Shown: positions 17,569 through 28,009 of the stretch, piece after piece
Numbering within the stretch: the first letter of the stretch is position 1
Layout of the letters: every line of letters starts with the position of its first letter
NCBI GenBank assembly: GCA_032128175.1
Contig: JAQBHC010000062.1
Location: forward strand, 977 to 64,976
Length of the DNA: 64,000 nucleotides
DNA from: Chloroflexota bacterium
GTDB lineage: Bacteria > Chloroflexota > Limnocylindria > Limnocylindrales > CSP1-4
Direction: 5' to 3'
Notes under the pieces: model-generated
The model's input: only the letters and a program-made list of their open reading frames with translations
The model's database searches: none
What the model was told of the DNA's origin: nothing
Made by a program: the position numbers and the translations under genes

Positions 17569-20340
17569 CTACTTGTCCCGTTCCACGGCCGCTAGTGAGG
17601 CCTGCGCGGCGGCGAGTCGAGCCACCGGGACACGGAACGGCGAGCACGATACGTAGTCGAGGCCAAGTCGCTCGCACTTCGCAATGGATGCCGGATCGCC
17701 CCCGTGCTCACCGCAGATCCCAAGTTCCAGCCCGGGCTTGGTGGCCCGGCCCTTGTCGACCGCGATCTTCATCAGGCCCACGACCGCATCGTCCAGGGTC
17801 TGGAACGGATTGAATGGCAGGATCTTGTCCTCGACGTACTTCAGGAGGAATCCGCCTTCGGCGTCGTCCCGGCTGTAGCCGAAGGTCATCTGGGTCAGAT
17901 CGTTCGTGCCGAAGCTGAAGAAGTCGGCGTGAGTCGCGATCTCGTCGGCGGTCAGGGCACCGCGCGGGACCTCGATCATCGTGCCGAACTTGTAGTCCAC
18001 GTGGACGCCGGCTTTCGCTTCGACGGCCGTTGCTTCGGCCTCGAGCAGCTCCCGCGTCCGGGCCAGCTCGTTCACGTGCCCGACGAGCGGGATCATGATC
18101 TTGGCGATCGGTTCGCCGCCGGCCTTCTTGCGCGCAATCTCGGCGTTGAGGATGGCGCGGGTCTGGATCTTGACGAAGTCGGGGATCATCAGCCCGAGTC
18201 GACAGCCGCGCAGTCCGAGCATCGGGTTCTGCTCGTCCAGGGACTTGATCGTCGCCAGGAGCTCCTTGTCCTCCTCGGATGCGGAGTCGCCGGCCTTGGT
18301 GACCTTGACGAGCTGCTCTTCGAGGTTCGGGAGGAATTCGTGGAGCGGCGGGTCGATCAGCCGGATCACGACCGGGAGACCATCCATCGCCTCGAAGATG
18401 CCCTCGAAATCACCCTGCTGAAGGACTTCGAGCTTGGCCATCGCCGCATCGAAGGTCTTGATCGTCCCAACCTCGTCGGCGGTCAGCGTCTCGCCTGCGC
18501 CCAGCTTTGCCTTGGCTCGTGTCGCTCGCATGGCAACGAGAATTGCGCCGCGCACGATCTCGAGACGATCGCCCTCGCGGAACATGTGCTCGGTCCGGCA
18601 GAGGCCAATCCCCTGGGCGCCATAGCGACGGGCCTGGGCCGCTTCCTCCGGCTTGTCCGCGTTCGTCCAGACCTCCATCCGCCGGAACGTGTCAGCCCAT
18701 CCCAGGATCGCCTGGAGTTCCGGCTGATCCTCGAAACGCGCTGATACCGTCGGCAGCGCGCCGAGGAAGAGGTCTCCGGTCGTCCCGTCGAGGCTCACCC
18801 AGTCCCCTTCGGCAAAGGCGATGTCCGTGGACGTCGATCGCGCCCGCTTCGTGGCGTAGTCGATCACGAGATCCGCGCAGCCGGCGACACAGGGCTTGCC
18901 AATCTGGCGCGCCACCACGGCGGCATGCGAGGTCGCGCCGCCGCGAGCCGTGATGATCCCCTCGGCGACGGCCATGCCGTGGAAGTCATCCGGGGACGTC
19001 TCGATGCGGACCAGGATCACCTTCTCGCCACGCGTCACCCACGCGACGGCGTCGTCGGCATCGAAGACGGCGCGCCCGACGGCGGCGCCGGGTGAGGCGT
19101 TCAGACCCCTCACGATCCGATTGGCGCCGATACGTGCCTTCGGATCAAATTGATCACGGAGCAGCTGATCCACCATTCCGGGCTCGATCCGCCCAATCGC
19201 CTCTTCCTTGCTGAGGATCCCCTCCTCCACCATGTCGACGGCGATCTGCACGGCGGCTGCGGCGGTTCGCTTCGCGGACCGCGTCTGGAGCATGTAGAGC
19301 TTGCCGCGCTCAATCGTGAACTCCAGATCCTGGACGTCCCGGTAATGGCCCTCGAGTCGAGCCGCGATCTTCTGGAACTCGTCATAAACCGCAGGCATGA
19401 CATCGCGCATCTGGGCGATCGGCTGGGGCGTCCGAATCCCGGCCACCACGTCCTCGCCCTGGGCGTTGGTCAGGTACTCGCCGTAGAGCGCCTTGGCCCC
19501 GGTATTCGGGTCACGCGTGAAGGCGACGCCGGTCCCGGAATCGTCCCCCATGTTGCCGAAGACCATGGTCTGGACGTTGACCGCGGTGCCGAGGTCGTGG
19601 GCGATCTTGTTGTACTCACGATAGTCGCGGGCCCGCTTGCCGAACCAGGAGTCGAAGACCGCTTTGATGGCGAGGTCGAGCTGCTCGTGGGGATCCTCGG
19701 GGAAGTCGCGGCCCGTGACCTCTCGGACGATCGACTTGAACTCGACGGCCAGTTCCGCCAGATCCGCCGCGGTCAGGTCGGTATCCAGGCTCGCGCCGCG
19801 AGCCTCCTTCTTCGCATCGAGGGCGTGATCGAACCGCTCGCCCGGAACGTCCATCACGATCCGTCCGAACATCTGGATGAAGCGCCGATAGGCATCCCGA
19901 CCGAATCGCTCGTTGCCGGTCAGCGTCACCAGCCCGTGAAGGGTGGCCTCGCTGAGGCCAAGGTTGAGCACCGTGTCCATCATCCCCGGCATCGAAAACT
20001 TGGCGCCTGAGCGGACGGAGACGAGGAGCGGATTCTTGGCATCGCCGAAGCCCTTGCCGGTTCGGGATTCGATCTCGCGGACGGCCTCGAGGACGTCGTC
20101 CCAGAGGCCGGCGGGAAGCTGCTCACCGGCAGCGAAGTAATCGTTGCACGCCTCGGTGGTGATCGTGAAGCCGGGCGGGACCGGGAGCCCGGCGCTGGTC
20201 ATCTCGGCGAGACCGGCGCCCTTCCCGCCGAGGAGATCGCGCATGGTCGCGTTGCCCTCGGCCGATCCCCCACCCCAGGCGAAGATGTAGCGCTTCGCGG
20301 CGCGGTGGGCGCGGCTGGTGGTCGGGGCGGTATCGGTCAT
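17569..20340 (-). CDS. ppdK: Pyruvate, phosphate dikinase
   Basis: GGKGAGLAEM at the N-terminus, GGxTSHAAVVAR with the catalytic His, and a C-terminal PEP-binding TIM barrel. The true start is the Met at 20340 (MTDTAPTT...); the track ORF's 5' extension is spurious. Confidence 0.9.
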   Translation of the reverse strand: MTDTAPTTSRAHRAAKRYIFAWGGGSAEGNATMRDLLGGKGAGLAEMTSAGLPVPPGFTITTEACNDYFAAGEQLPAGLWDDVLEAVREIESRTGKGFGDAKNPLLVSVRSGAKFSMPGMMDTVLNLGLSEATLHGLVTLTGNERFGRDAYRRFIQMFGRIVMDVPGERFDHALDAKKEARGASLDTDLTAADLAELAVEFKSIVREVTGRDFPEDPHEQLDLAIKAVFDSWFGKRARDYREYNKIAHDLGTAVNVQTMVFGNMGDDSGTGVAFTRDPNTGAKALYGEYLTNAQGEDVVAGIRTPQPIAQMRDVMPAVYDEFQKIAARLEGHYRDVQDLEFTIERGKLYMLQTRSAKRTAAAAVQIAVDMVEEGILSKEEAIGRIEPGMVDQLLRDQFDPKARIGANRIVRGLNASPGAAVGRAVFDADDAVAWVTRGEKVILVRIETSPDDFHGMAVAEGIITARGGATSHAAVVARQIGKPCVAGCADLVIDYATKRARSTSTDIAFAEGDWVSLDGTTGDLFLGALPTVSARFEDQPELQAILGWADTFRRMEVWTNADKPEEAAQARRYGAQGIGLCRTEHMFREGDRLEIVRGAILVAMRATRAKAKLGAGETLTADEVGTIKTFDAAMAKLEVLQQGDFEGIFEAMDGLPVVIRLIDPPLHEFLPNLEEQLVKVTKAGDSASEEDKELLATIKSLDEQNPMLGLRGCRLGLMIPDFVKIQTRAILNAEIARKKAGGEPIAKIMIPLVGHVNELARTRELLEAEATAVEAKAGVHVDYKFGTMIEVPRGALTADEIATHADFFSFGTNDLTQMTFGYSRDDAEGGFLLKYVEDKILPFNPFQTLDDAVVGLMKIAVDKGRATKPGLELGICGEHGGDPASIAKCERLGLDYVSCSPFRVPVARLAAAQASLAAVERDK

Positions 20341-20475
20341 GGTCGGACGCTCCTCGTTGCCGCGGCGGTCGATTCGGACGCAGACGCGGTCGGGTGATCG
20401 GGTTCGGTCTCGTGGATTGTACCCGCGGTCCGTGGTCCGCTCGGTTTCGACCTCGGTTGCGAGCGGGCGACCCAG
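20341..20475. promoter_or_regulatory. Divergent intergenic region, ppdK(-)/fpr(+); presumed promoters
   Basis: A 135-nt non-coding gap lies between two divergently oriented starts. I did not identify confident -10/-35 elements. Confidence 0.3.
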
Positions 20476-21300
20476 GTGCCACGCCGGTACACTCGGGCCA
20501 TGCTTGAACCGCCTGCCCCCCGCGTGATCGCCACCGATGACGAGCGCTACAACGCATCCCTCGTCCGTCGTGACGGCCAGCATGAGAGCCTGGCGTACTT
20601 CTGGGTTCGCTTCGATGGCGACCCCACGCCGTTCGCGCCCGGCCAGTACATGACGATCGGGGTGATGGTCGACGGTCGCATCGTCCAGCGGCCCTATTCC
20701 GTGGCGTCGTCGCCGCGCGTCGCAGGCGAGGAGGGCTACGAGCTGTACATCCGCCTCGTGAACGGCGGCCAGTTCACGCCGCTCCTGTGGGGCCTCCCGG
20801 TCGGACATCGAATGCGGATGATCGGACCGAAGGGCAAGTTCACGCTCGAACCGGACGACGATCGGATCCACCTGTTCATCTCCTCCGGGACAGGGAATGC
20901 GCCGTTCGTGTCGATGATGCGGACACTGCTCCTCGATGGCGCGCCGCGTCGAGCCGTGTTCCTCAACGGCGTGTCCTACGAAGCCGATCTCGGGTATCGG
21001 GACGTTCTGGAGGGCTGGCAGGCAGCGGGTTCGTACCCCGTCGCGTACGAGCCCTGTGTGTCCCGCCCGTCGGATCCCGCCAACGCCGGGTGGGCCGGGC
21101 GGGTGGGCCGGGCCGAGACAGCGCTACCGGGCGTCCTCGACGATCACCAACTGACGCCGGACAACGCGATCGCCTACCTGTGTGGCAATCCCGACATGAT
21201 CCTGGCCGCCGAAGCGACGCTGCTCGAGCGCGGCTTTCCGGAGGCGCAAATCAAGAAGGAACTGTACTGGCCGAAGGGCAAGGAGCCCAAAGGCAGCTAG
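20476..21300 (+). CDS. Ferredoxin-NADP+ reductase-family flavoprotein (FNR/Fpr-like)
   Basis: RPYSVAS is the RxYS FAD motif and GPKGKFTL is the NAD(P)-binding motif. Confidence 0.75.
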   Translation: MPRRYTRAMLEPPAPRVIATDDERYNASLVRRDGQHESLAYFWVRFDGDPTPFAPGQYMTIGVMVDGRIVQRPYSVASSPRVAGEEGYELYIRLVNGGQFTPLLWGLPVGHRMRMIGPKGKFTLEPDDDRIHLFISSGTGNAPFVSMMRTLLLDGAPRRAVFLNGVSYEADLGYRDVLEGWQAAGSYPVAYEPCVSRPSDPANAGWAGRVGRAETALPGVLDDHQLTPDNAIAYLCGNPDMILAAEATLLERGFPEAQIKKELYWPKGKEPKGS

Positions 21301-21354
21301 CCGGCGAACGGGCTGTCCACGGCCCGATCGTCACCTCAGCCCTACCATGGCGCG

Positions 21355-22671
21355 ATGCAGCAACGAGTCGTCGCGCGGACGGTCCAGGGTGTCCAGACCG
21401 TCCTGAGCCCGGCCCAGGACTTCGTCCGGACGGTGGGCTCCAGCGGCATCGTCCTCATCCTCGCCGCCCTGCTGGCGTTCGCGTGGGCGAACTCCCCGTG
21501 GGCGGCGGACTACTTCGGGATCCTCGACACGAAGGTGGGGGTTCGCTTCGGGGACTTCGCCCTCGAGAAGCCCCTGCTGCTGTGGGTCAACGATCTCCTC
21601 ATGGCCCTGTTCTTCTTCCTCGTCGGCCTCGAGATCAAGCGCGAGCTCATCGTCGGTGAGTTGAGGAGTCGCAGGAAGGCGGCCCTGCCGATCGCCGGCG
21701 CACTCGGAGGGATGCTGGTACCGGCCCTTATCTTCATCGGCCTGAACCTGGGGCAGCCTTCGTTGCGCGGCTGGGGCATCCCGATGGCGACCGACATCGC
21801 ATTCGCCCTCGGTGTCCTGGCCCTGCTCGGGGATCGCGTCAGCCCGTCGCTCAAGATCTTTCTCCTGGCGCTCGCCATCGTTGACGACCTCGGTGCTGTG
21901 CTCGTCATCGCCGCGTTCTACACGGAGAGCCTCGATGCGGGGTCGCTCGGACTCGCAGCCCTGGCCTGGGTGGTCGCGCTCGGCTACGGGCGCCTGGGAG
22001 CCGCCCGGCCGGCCGTATTCGCCGCGATCGGCATCGTCATGTGGTACTTCATGCTCAAGTCGGGCATCCATTCGACGGTCGCCGGCGTCCTCATGGCCCT
22101 GGCCGTGCCCCTCCGGCACCAGCTCACCGCCGATGAGCTCGAGAGCGAGCTACGGCCGCTGCTGGATACGGATGGCGAGTTTGAGGAGGTCGAGGTCATG
22201 ATCGAGCGCTTCGAAGACGTCCTCGACCGGGCGCATAGCCCGCTGCACAACATGGAGCACACACTTGCTCCGATCGTCGCGTTCCTGATCATGCCCGTGT
22301 TCGCCTTCTTCAATGCCGGGGTGGCGATCGTGGGCGGGGGGACGGCGCTCGTGGGCCCGGTGTCGATCGGCGTCGCACTCGGCCTCCTCTTGGGCAAGCC
22401 GATCGGGATCATGCTGTTCGCGTGGCTTGCGGTGCGGTCGGGGGTGACCGAGCTGCCGGCCGGCACGAGCTGGACCGCGCTGACCGGGGTCGCCCTCCTC
22501 GCAGGCATCGGCTTCACGATGTCCCTGTTCATCGGCAGCCTCGCCTTCGGCCCATCCGCGGATCTCGATGCGGCAAAGGTCGGCGTACTCGTGGCGTCCG
22601 TGCTCGCCGCGTTGACGGGGCTCGTTTTCCTATCGCAGACGCTACCTCGTCGCGGGGCGCCGGCGGACTGA
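21355..22671 (+). CDS. nhaA: Na+/H+ antiporter NhaA
   Basis: FFFLVGLEIKRE and the 12-TM topology are typical of NhaA. Confidence 0.85.
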   Translation: MQQRVVARTVQGVQTVLSPAQDFVRTVGSSGIVLILAALLAFAWANSPWAADYFGILDTKVGVRFGDFALEKPLLLWVNDLLMALFFFLVGLEIKRELIVGELRSRRKAALPIAGALGGMLVPALIFIGLNLGQPSLRGWGIPMATDIAFALGVLALLGDRVSPSLKIFLLALAIVDDLGAVLVIAAFYTESLDAGSLGLAALAWVVALGYGRLGAARPAVFAAIGIVMWYFMLKSGIHSTVAGVLMALAVPLRHQLTADELESELRPLLDTDGEFEEVEVMIERFEDVLDRAHSPLHNMEHTLAPIVAFLIMPVFAFFNAGVAIVGGGTALVGPVSIGVALGLLLGKPIGIMLFAWLAVRSGVTELPAGTSWTALTGVALLAGIGFTMSLFIGSLAFGPSADLDAAKVGVLVASVLAALTGLVFLSQTLPRRGAPAD

Positions 22672-22713
22672 GCACCGGCGGACTGAGCACCGGCGGACTG
22701 AGTGCCGGCACGA
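22654..22713. repeat. 15-nt tandem repeat (about 3.5 copies of gc[a/g]ccggcggactga) at the nhaA 3' end and convergent intergenic region
   Basis: Read directly from the sequence. Each unit carries an in-frame TGA in the nhaA frame (encoding ...APAD*). Confidence 0.7.
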
Positions 22714-22747
22714 TCAAGCCGATCCGGACGGACCCGCTGGGTCAGCG

Positions 22748-24160
22748 CTAGAACCGAGCCGCTTCCATCCGGTCGAGGATCGCCCGCTTCACGCCTTCGA
22801 GCGGGATCCGATCCTGGGCCATCGTGTCCCGGTCGCGCACGGTGACCGCCCCGTCCTCGAGAGAGTCCACGTCGATCGTGACGCACCACGGCGTGCCGAT
22901 CTCGTCCTGGCGGCGGTACAGCTTGCCGATCGCGGCCGTGTCGTCATAGACCGCCATGACGTCCCGGGCGAGGTCGCTGCGCAGTCGGTGGCACATCTCG
23001 ACGATCTCGGGCCGCTTCTTCAGCAACGGCAGCACCGCGACCTTGTACGGGGCCAGGTCCGGATGCAGGCCGAGCACCACCCGCTTCTCGCCGCGGACCT
23101 CCTCCTCACGATACGCATCGATGAGGAAGGTGAACGCGGCGCGATCCGCCCCAGCGGCCGTCTCGACGACCCACGGGATGAACTTCTCCTCGGTCGCCGG
23201 GTCGAAGTACTCGAGATTCTCACCGGAGGCTTCCGCGTGGCGCGAGAGATCGAAGTCGCCGCGATTGTGGACGCCCTCGAGCTCCTTCCAGCCAAACGGG
23301 AAGCGATATTCGACGTCCACGGCCTTCTTGGCGTAATGGGCCAGCTCGTCCGGGGCGTGCTCGCGGAGCCGAAGCCGCTCGGGCGCGACCCCGTACTGCT
23401 CGTACCAGGCCTTGCGGCGCGGCAGCCACTCCTCGAAGGCCGCGGCTGCGGCATCCCCAGGCCGAACGAAGTACTGCATTTCCATCTGCTCGAATTCGCG
23501 CATCCGGAAGACGAAGTTGCCGGGGCTGATCTCGTTCCGGAAGCTCTTCCCGATCTGGGCGATCCCGAACGGCACTTTCTTGCGGCTGGACTGCTGCACG
23601 TTCTTGAAGTTGACGTAGCTGCCCTGGGCGGTCTCGGGCCGAAAGTAGACAACCGAGGCCTCGTCCTGGACGGGACCCATGTAGGTCTGGAACATGAGGT
23701 TGAACCGGCGCGGCGCCGACAGCGGTCCTCCGTCGTTCGGGCAGACGAGCTTGTAACGCTCGATGACCGAGGGGTCAGTCAGGTCAGTCACCGTGAGGGC
23801 TTCGGCGCCCGGCAACTCATCGAGGCGATAGCGGCGCCGGCAGGTCCCGCATTCCACCAGCGGGTCGCTGAACGACCCGACGTGGCCGGAGGTGACCCAG
23901 ACCTGCGGGTGCATCAGGATCCCGGCATCGAGGCCGACGATGTCGGTGCGGTCCTGGACCATCGCTCGCCACCAGGCCCGCTTGACGTTGTTCTTCAGTT
24001 CGACGCCAAGGGGTCCGTAATCCCACACGGCATTGATCCCGCCGTAGATCTCTGAACTCGGGAACACGAAGCCGCGTCGCTTGGACAGGCTGACGATCGT
24101 GTCGAGGTCGGGCACGGCGGCCGGAACCTCATTCGGGTCATGGATGGAGGCTTCGGTCAC
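22748..24160 (-). CDS. glyQS: Glycine--tRNA ligase (alpha2-type GlyRS)
   Basis: [22 protein letters not shown] and the class II motifs; length 470 aa. Confidence 0.9.
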   Translation of the reverse strand: MTEASIHDPNEVPAAVPDLDTIVSLSKRRGFVFPSSEIYGGINAVWDYGPLGVELKNNVKRAWWRAMVQDRTDIVGLDAGILMHPQVWVTSGHVGSFSDPLVECGTCRRRYRLDELPGAEALTVTDLTDPSVIERYKLVCPNDGGPLSAPRRFNLMFQTYMGPVQDEASVVYFRPETAQGSYVNFKNVQQSSRKKVPFGIAQIGKSFRNEISPGNFVFRMREFEQMEMQYFVRPGDAAAAAFEEWLPRRKAWYEQYGVAPERLRLREHAPDELAHYAKKAVDVEYRFPFGWKELEGVHNRGDFDLSRHAEASGENLEYFDPATEEKFIPWVVETAAGADRAAFTFLIDAYREEEVRGEKRVVLGLHPDLAPYKVAVLPLLKKRPEIVEMCHRLRSDLARDVMAVYDDTAAIGKLYRRQDEIGTPWCVTIDVDSLEDGAVTVRDRDTMAQDRIPLEGVKRAILDRMEAARF

Positions 24161-24255
24161 TTGAGTGCTCCTGAGGGCGGCCGGCCGTGGCAGGGACGGT
24201 CAAATGTGGGCTGGGCCCCGATGCTAGCAGACGACTCACTCCGAGCGCGGCCGAT

Positions 24256-24681
24256 CTACCCAGCGAACGAGACGCCCCGGGTCGGGACGATGCGGAGCGG
24301 CAGGTTGTAGTTCTTGCCAAACTCGGCCGGCCCGCCGAGGTCTCGGTCAATCCACTCGATGTATCTCTCGAGGTAGGCCGGGTTCTCCGGCGCGCGAGGG
24401 TAATCCGGATCGATCCGGGCTTCGCCTTCGAGCATCACGATATCGCCACCGGTACCGTCGTCGGACAGGTGGAACGACACCTTCGGGTTGGCGGCGATGT
24501 TGGCGTTCCGGCGCGCTCGGCGGTGGCTGTAGACGAGCAGCTCACCGTCCGCCCACAGGAACCAGATCGGCATGGTCTGTGGTTGTCCGGCCAGTGTCAC
24601 GGTGGTCAACCACGCGATCCGATCATTGCGCAGCCGCTCCAGGGCACGGGCGCCGCGCTCGTTGTCCGGGTCGAAGATCAC
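24256..24681 (-). CDS. PPOX-class (pyridoxamine 5'-phosphate oxidase-like), probably F420-dependent, split-barrel protein
   Basis: IAWLTTVTLAGQPQTMPIWFLWADGELLVYSH is typical of the family. It has an ATGA overlap with recO. Confidence 0.6.
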   Translation of the reverse strand: MIFDPDNERGARALERLRNDRIAWLTTVTLAGQPQTMPIWFLWADGELLVYSHRRARRNANIAANPKVSFHLSDDGTGGDIVMLEGEARIDPDYPRAPENPAYLERYIEWIDRDLGGPAEFGKNYNLPLRIVPTRGVSFAG

Positions 24682-25472
24682 GTCGTCACCTCGCTTCGCG
24701 TCGAGCGCTCACTGGCACGCACCTCATCGAGAAATGCCAGGGACTTGGGCGAGCGGTCGAGCGTGTAGGCGAGGAACGCACGCATCGCGCTCTCTACCTC
24801 TGCCTCCACCTCTGCCCGGACCCTGAGGGCTGCGATCGCCTCGACGTCCATCCGCTGGTAGGCCTTGAGCAGCTTCAGCGCCTCCAGTGTCAGGCCGGCG
24901 ATACCCTGAGGCGGCCCCGGATCGCGCTCGCATAGCACGCCCCCAAGCGGAGGCACCCAGCGGAAGCGCTCCTCCGCCTCGAGGAGGCGCCCACACTCGA
25001 CGCAGCGGTCAACCTCGGGCCGGATTCCCAGTTCAACGGCCAGGTGCATCTCGTACCAGCGGGCAACCCGGCCGGGCGCCATCCCGGCGTCAAGGAGCTC
25101 GTAGGCGCGCTTTACCAGCAGGTAGACCGATTCGATCGCGTGCCGCTCCTCCTGTGTTCGCTCGGCCATCTCGGCGATGTACGAGGCAGTCCCGAACGAC
25201 ACGAGGTCGTCCCTGAGGTTCAGCCATGGATGTATGACCTCGACCTGGGTCACGACGTCGAAGGTCCGTCCGTGGGCCAGTGCGACGCGCAACTCCGCGA
25301 ATGGCTCGAGGCTGCCGCCGATCCTCGACTTCTGGCGACGAATCCCCTTCGCGATCGCCTTGATCTTGCCGGCCCCCGGCGTCAGGAGGGTCAGGATGCG
25401 GTCCGCCTCACCGTAGTCGAACCGGGAGAGGACGATGGCGTCGGTGGTGTAGCGACGAGGCACGGGCACCAT
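24678..25472 (-). CDS. recO: DNA repair protein RecO
   Basis: A RecO N-terminal OB fold and a CVECG...C zinc motif. Confidence 0.85.
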   Translation of the reverse strand: MVPVPRRYTTDAIVLSRFDYGEADRILTLLTPGAGKIKAIAKGIRRQKSRIGGSLEPFAELRVALAHGRTFDVVTQVEVIHPWLNLRDDLVSFGTASYIAEMAERTQEERHAIESVYLLVKRAYELLDAGMAPGRVARWYEMHLAVELGIRPEVDRCVECGRLLEAEERFRWVPPLGGVLCERDPGPPQGIAGLTLEALKLLKAYQRMDVEAIAALRVRAEVEAEVESAMRAFLAYTLDRSPKSLAFLDEVRASERSTRSEVTT

Positions 25473-25589
25473 CGGACGGTATCACCACGCGAGCGCGGCG
25501 ACGCGAGCGCGGCAACCCGGGCCAAAGGATCGGCCGGAACAGGCTACTCGGACCGCGCACGTTTGAGGTTCGAGGGCTACACTCCGATC

Positions 25590-26618
25590 ATGATGTCGAC
25601 CGCAATCAACGATCTTGATCTCGGCCAGCTCATCGCGGACACCGAGGAGGAAATCCTCCGCCTCGTGCGCGACGGCGATCCCTCGACGGTCGGCGTGTAT
25701 GAGCAGTGCCGTTACCACCTCGGCCTCGACGGCGGGACCGGCGGCTCCGGAAAGCGGATGCGTCCCCTGCTCGGCCTGCTTGCCTATGCGTCGATCACCG
25801 GGGACCATCGAGCCGCCCTGCCGGGCGCCGCTGCGGTCGAACTCGGGCACAACTTCAGTCTCGTCCACGACGACATCGAGGACGGCGATCGTGCTCGGCA
25901 CCATCGGCCGACACTGTGGAGCCTGCACGGCGTTCCGCAGGCGATCAACACCGGGGACATGCTGTTCAGCCTCAGTCGCGTCGCCCTCCATCGATTGACC
26001 GACCTCGGCTTCAGCGATCACAAGGTCCTTCGCCTGATGCGTCTCTATGACACGACCTGCGTGGCGCTGTGCGAGGGCCAGCACATCGACATCACCACGG
26101 GCGAGGCCGACGAAGTCATGTCCGTCGAGCTCTACTTCGACATGATCGGCCGCAAGACAGCCGCCTTGATTGCCGCCTCGATCGAGGCAGGCGCAGTGCT
26201 CGCGACCGACGACGAGGACGTCATCAGGCACTACCGGGCGTTTGGTTGGGACCTGGGTCTGGCATTTCAGCTGAACGACGACGTGCTGGGCATCTGGGGC
26301 GAGGCCCAGACGACCGGCAAGGAGCCAACGGACGTGGCGCGTCGAAAGAAGACGCTGCCGGTCATCTACGCCTTCGCGCACGCGGGCCCAACGGATCGGG
26401 CACGCCTTGCCGAGCTCTACGCGGAGCACGAGCCGAGTCCGTCGGCCATCCAGGAGATCGTGGAGATCCTCGAGCGGAGCGGAGCTCACGACTATGCCCG
26501 CGGGCAGGCTCGGCTGCATCGCGACCGCGCCCTCGCGGAGCTCGACGCCGCGGGCGTCGTCCTGCCCGATGCGCGGGCACGGCTCCAGGAAATCGTCGTT
26601 AGGGTGATCTCCGCCTGA
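25590..26618 (+). CDS. Polyprenyl diphosphate synthase (trans-IPPS family; chain length undetermined)
   Basis: SLVHDDIEDGD is the first DDxxD motif and FQLNDDVLG is the second. I chose the ATG at 25590 as the start. The track ORF's 5' extension (25044-25589) overlaps recO and is not coding. Confidence 0.8.
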   Translation: MMSTAINDLDLGQLIADTEEEILRLVRDGDPSTVGVYEQCRYHLGLDGGTGGSGKRMRPLLGLLAYASITGDHRAALPGAAAVELGHNFSLVHDDIEDGDRARHHRPTLWSLHGVPQAINTGDMLFSLSRVALHRLTDLGFSDHKVLRLMRLYDTTCVALCEGQHIDITTGEADEVMSVELYFDMIGRKTAALIAASIEAGAVLATDDEDVIRHYRAFGWDLGLAFQLNDDVLGIWGEAQTTGKEPTDVARRKKTLPVIYAFAHAGPTDRARLAELYAEHEPSPSAIQEIVEILERSGAHDYARGQARLHRDRALAELDAAGVVLPDARARLQEIVVRVISA

Positions 26619-26677
26619 TCCACCGGCGGCCTGGTTGTCGCCTGCGTCAGTCGGCCAGCGGGCCGGAGCCGGCCGGC

Positions 26678-28009
26678 TCAACCTTCGTCGCTGTCCTCAG
26701 CCGCCCCGGGACCGATCCGTCGGACGACGAGGACTTTGCCGACGCGCCGGCCGTCCGTTGACTCGACGGTCAGGGTCAGCCCGTCTACCTCGATCTGGTC
26801 GCCGGGCTTGGGCACGCCACCGATCCGGTGGTAGAGCAGCCCCCCGACCGTGTCGTACTCCTCTTCGTCCTCGAGGGCGAGATCGATATCGAACACCTCA
26901 CCCAGCTCGTCGACGTCGGCTCGCCCGTCGACCCGCGCCTTCGTATCCGAGAGACGGACCACGAGCGGCTCCTCGACGTCGTATTCGTCCTGGATCTCTC
27001 CGACGATCTCCTCGAGCAGATCCTCGATGGTGACGATGCCCGCCGTCCCCCCGTACTCGTCAAGCACAATCGCGATATGGACTTTTCGGCGCTGCAGCTC
27101 ATGGAGCAGGTCGTCGATGGTCATGGACTCGGGAACGAGGACCGGCGGACGAAGCAGCGTGCGGAGGGCGGGACGAGGCGCCGCATCCGACTTGAGGTAG
27201 GGCAACAGGTCCTTCGCGTACAGGATCCCGACGACCTCGTCGAGCGAGTTCTCGTAAGCCGGTATGCGTGAGTGGCCTTCGGCAATGACGATATCGATGG
27301 CGTCCTCGAACGAGGCGTCGGCCCGGATCCCGACGATCGAGACGCGCGGCACCATGACTTCATGGACGCGCCGACCACCGAGTTCGATGACCGCATTGAT
27401 CATCTGCTCCTCCTCGGCCTCGAGGACGCCCTGCGCGCCTCCGCGCTCAACCAGGAGCTTGAGCTCCTCCGTGCTGATCACGTCCGGATCGATGTCGCGC
27501 ACGCCGAGTATGCGGTTGACCCCGGCCGTGATCCTGATCAGCACGTACACGATCGGGCCGAGGACCCGACCCATGAGGTCCACCGGGCCCGCGAGCAGCA
27601 GCGCGATGCGCTCCGTGTACGCGAGGGCCAGGGTCTTGGGCACGAGTTCTCCGAAGATGATCGTGAAGAAACTGAGCAGGGCGGTGACGATGACAAGCGC
27701 CAGCGCGCCGGCGTACGGCTCGATGAGCGGGACGGTCTGGAACCAGTCCTTGAGTTGGACGGTCAGGCTCACGCCGGCGAAGGCGGCGGCCAGGAACCCG
27801 ACGAACGTGATCCCAAGCTGGATGACGGCCAGGAACCGGCCCGGGTGCGCCACGAGCCGGCGGACCCGATCCGCTCCCCGGTGTCCTTCATCCACGAGTT
27901 GCTCGAGCCGGCTCCGCCGCATCGTGACGAGGGCGATCTCCGCGGCAACGAAGACCGCATTGATCAGGACAAGGAGGACGATGATCAGTAACTCACCCGC
28001 CGTGCCCAT
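26678..28009 (-). CDS. CNNM/CorC-family transporter (DUF21 + CBS pair + CorC_HlyC)
   Basis: An N-terminal 4-TM DUF21 domain, CBS-domain sequence and a C-terminal transporter-associated domain. Confidence 0.8.
   Translation of the reverse strand: MGTAGELLIIVLLVLINAVFVAAEIALVTMRRSRLEQLVDEGHRGADRVRRLVAHPGRFLAVIQLGITFVGFLAAAFAGVSLTVQLKDWFQTVPLIEPYAGALALVIVTALLSFFTIIFGELVPKTLALAYTERIALLLAGPVDLMGRVLGPIVYVLIRITAGVNRILGVRDIDPDVISTEELKLLVERGGAQGVLEAEEEQMINAVIELGGRRVHEVMVPRVSIVGIRADASFEDAIDIVIAEGHSRIPAYENSLDEVVGILYAKDLLPYLKSDAAPRPALRTLLRPPVLVPESMTIDDLLHELQRRKVHIAIVLDEYGGTAGIVTIEDLLEEIVGEIQDEYDVEEPLVVRLSDTKARVDGRADVDELGEVFDIDLALEDEEEYDTVGGLLYHRIGGVPKPGDQIEVDGLTLTVESTDGRRVGKVLVVRRIGPGAAEDSDEG

Noticed and set aside
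17704-20010. Long + strand ORFs (17704..18744, 19150..20010) inside ppdK
   Set aside because: They are antisense to a confidently identified PPDK gene and have junk-like composition.
24161-24255. T-box leader upstream of glyQS
   Set aside because: Only 95 nt are available and no T-box consensus (AATTAGGGTGGNACCGCG-like) is visible.
25044-25589. 5' extension of the polyprenyl synthase ORF (524 aa in track)
   Set aside because: The extension overlaps recO on the opposite strand and has no family similarity. The ATG at 25590 (MMSTAINDL) gives a standard ~342-aa trans-IPPS protein.
26619-26677. Bidirectional terminator hairpin between the polyprenyl synthase and CNNM genes
   Set aside because: Only short GC palindromes (gccgg-ag-ccggc) are visible, with no clear U-tract. 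Too weak to call.
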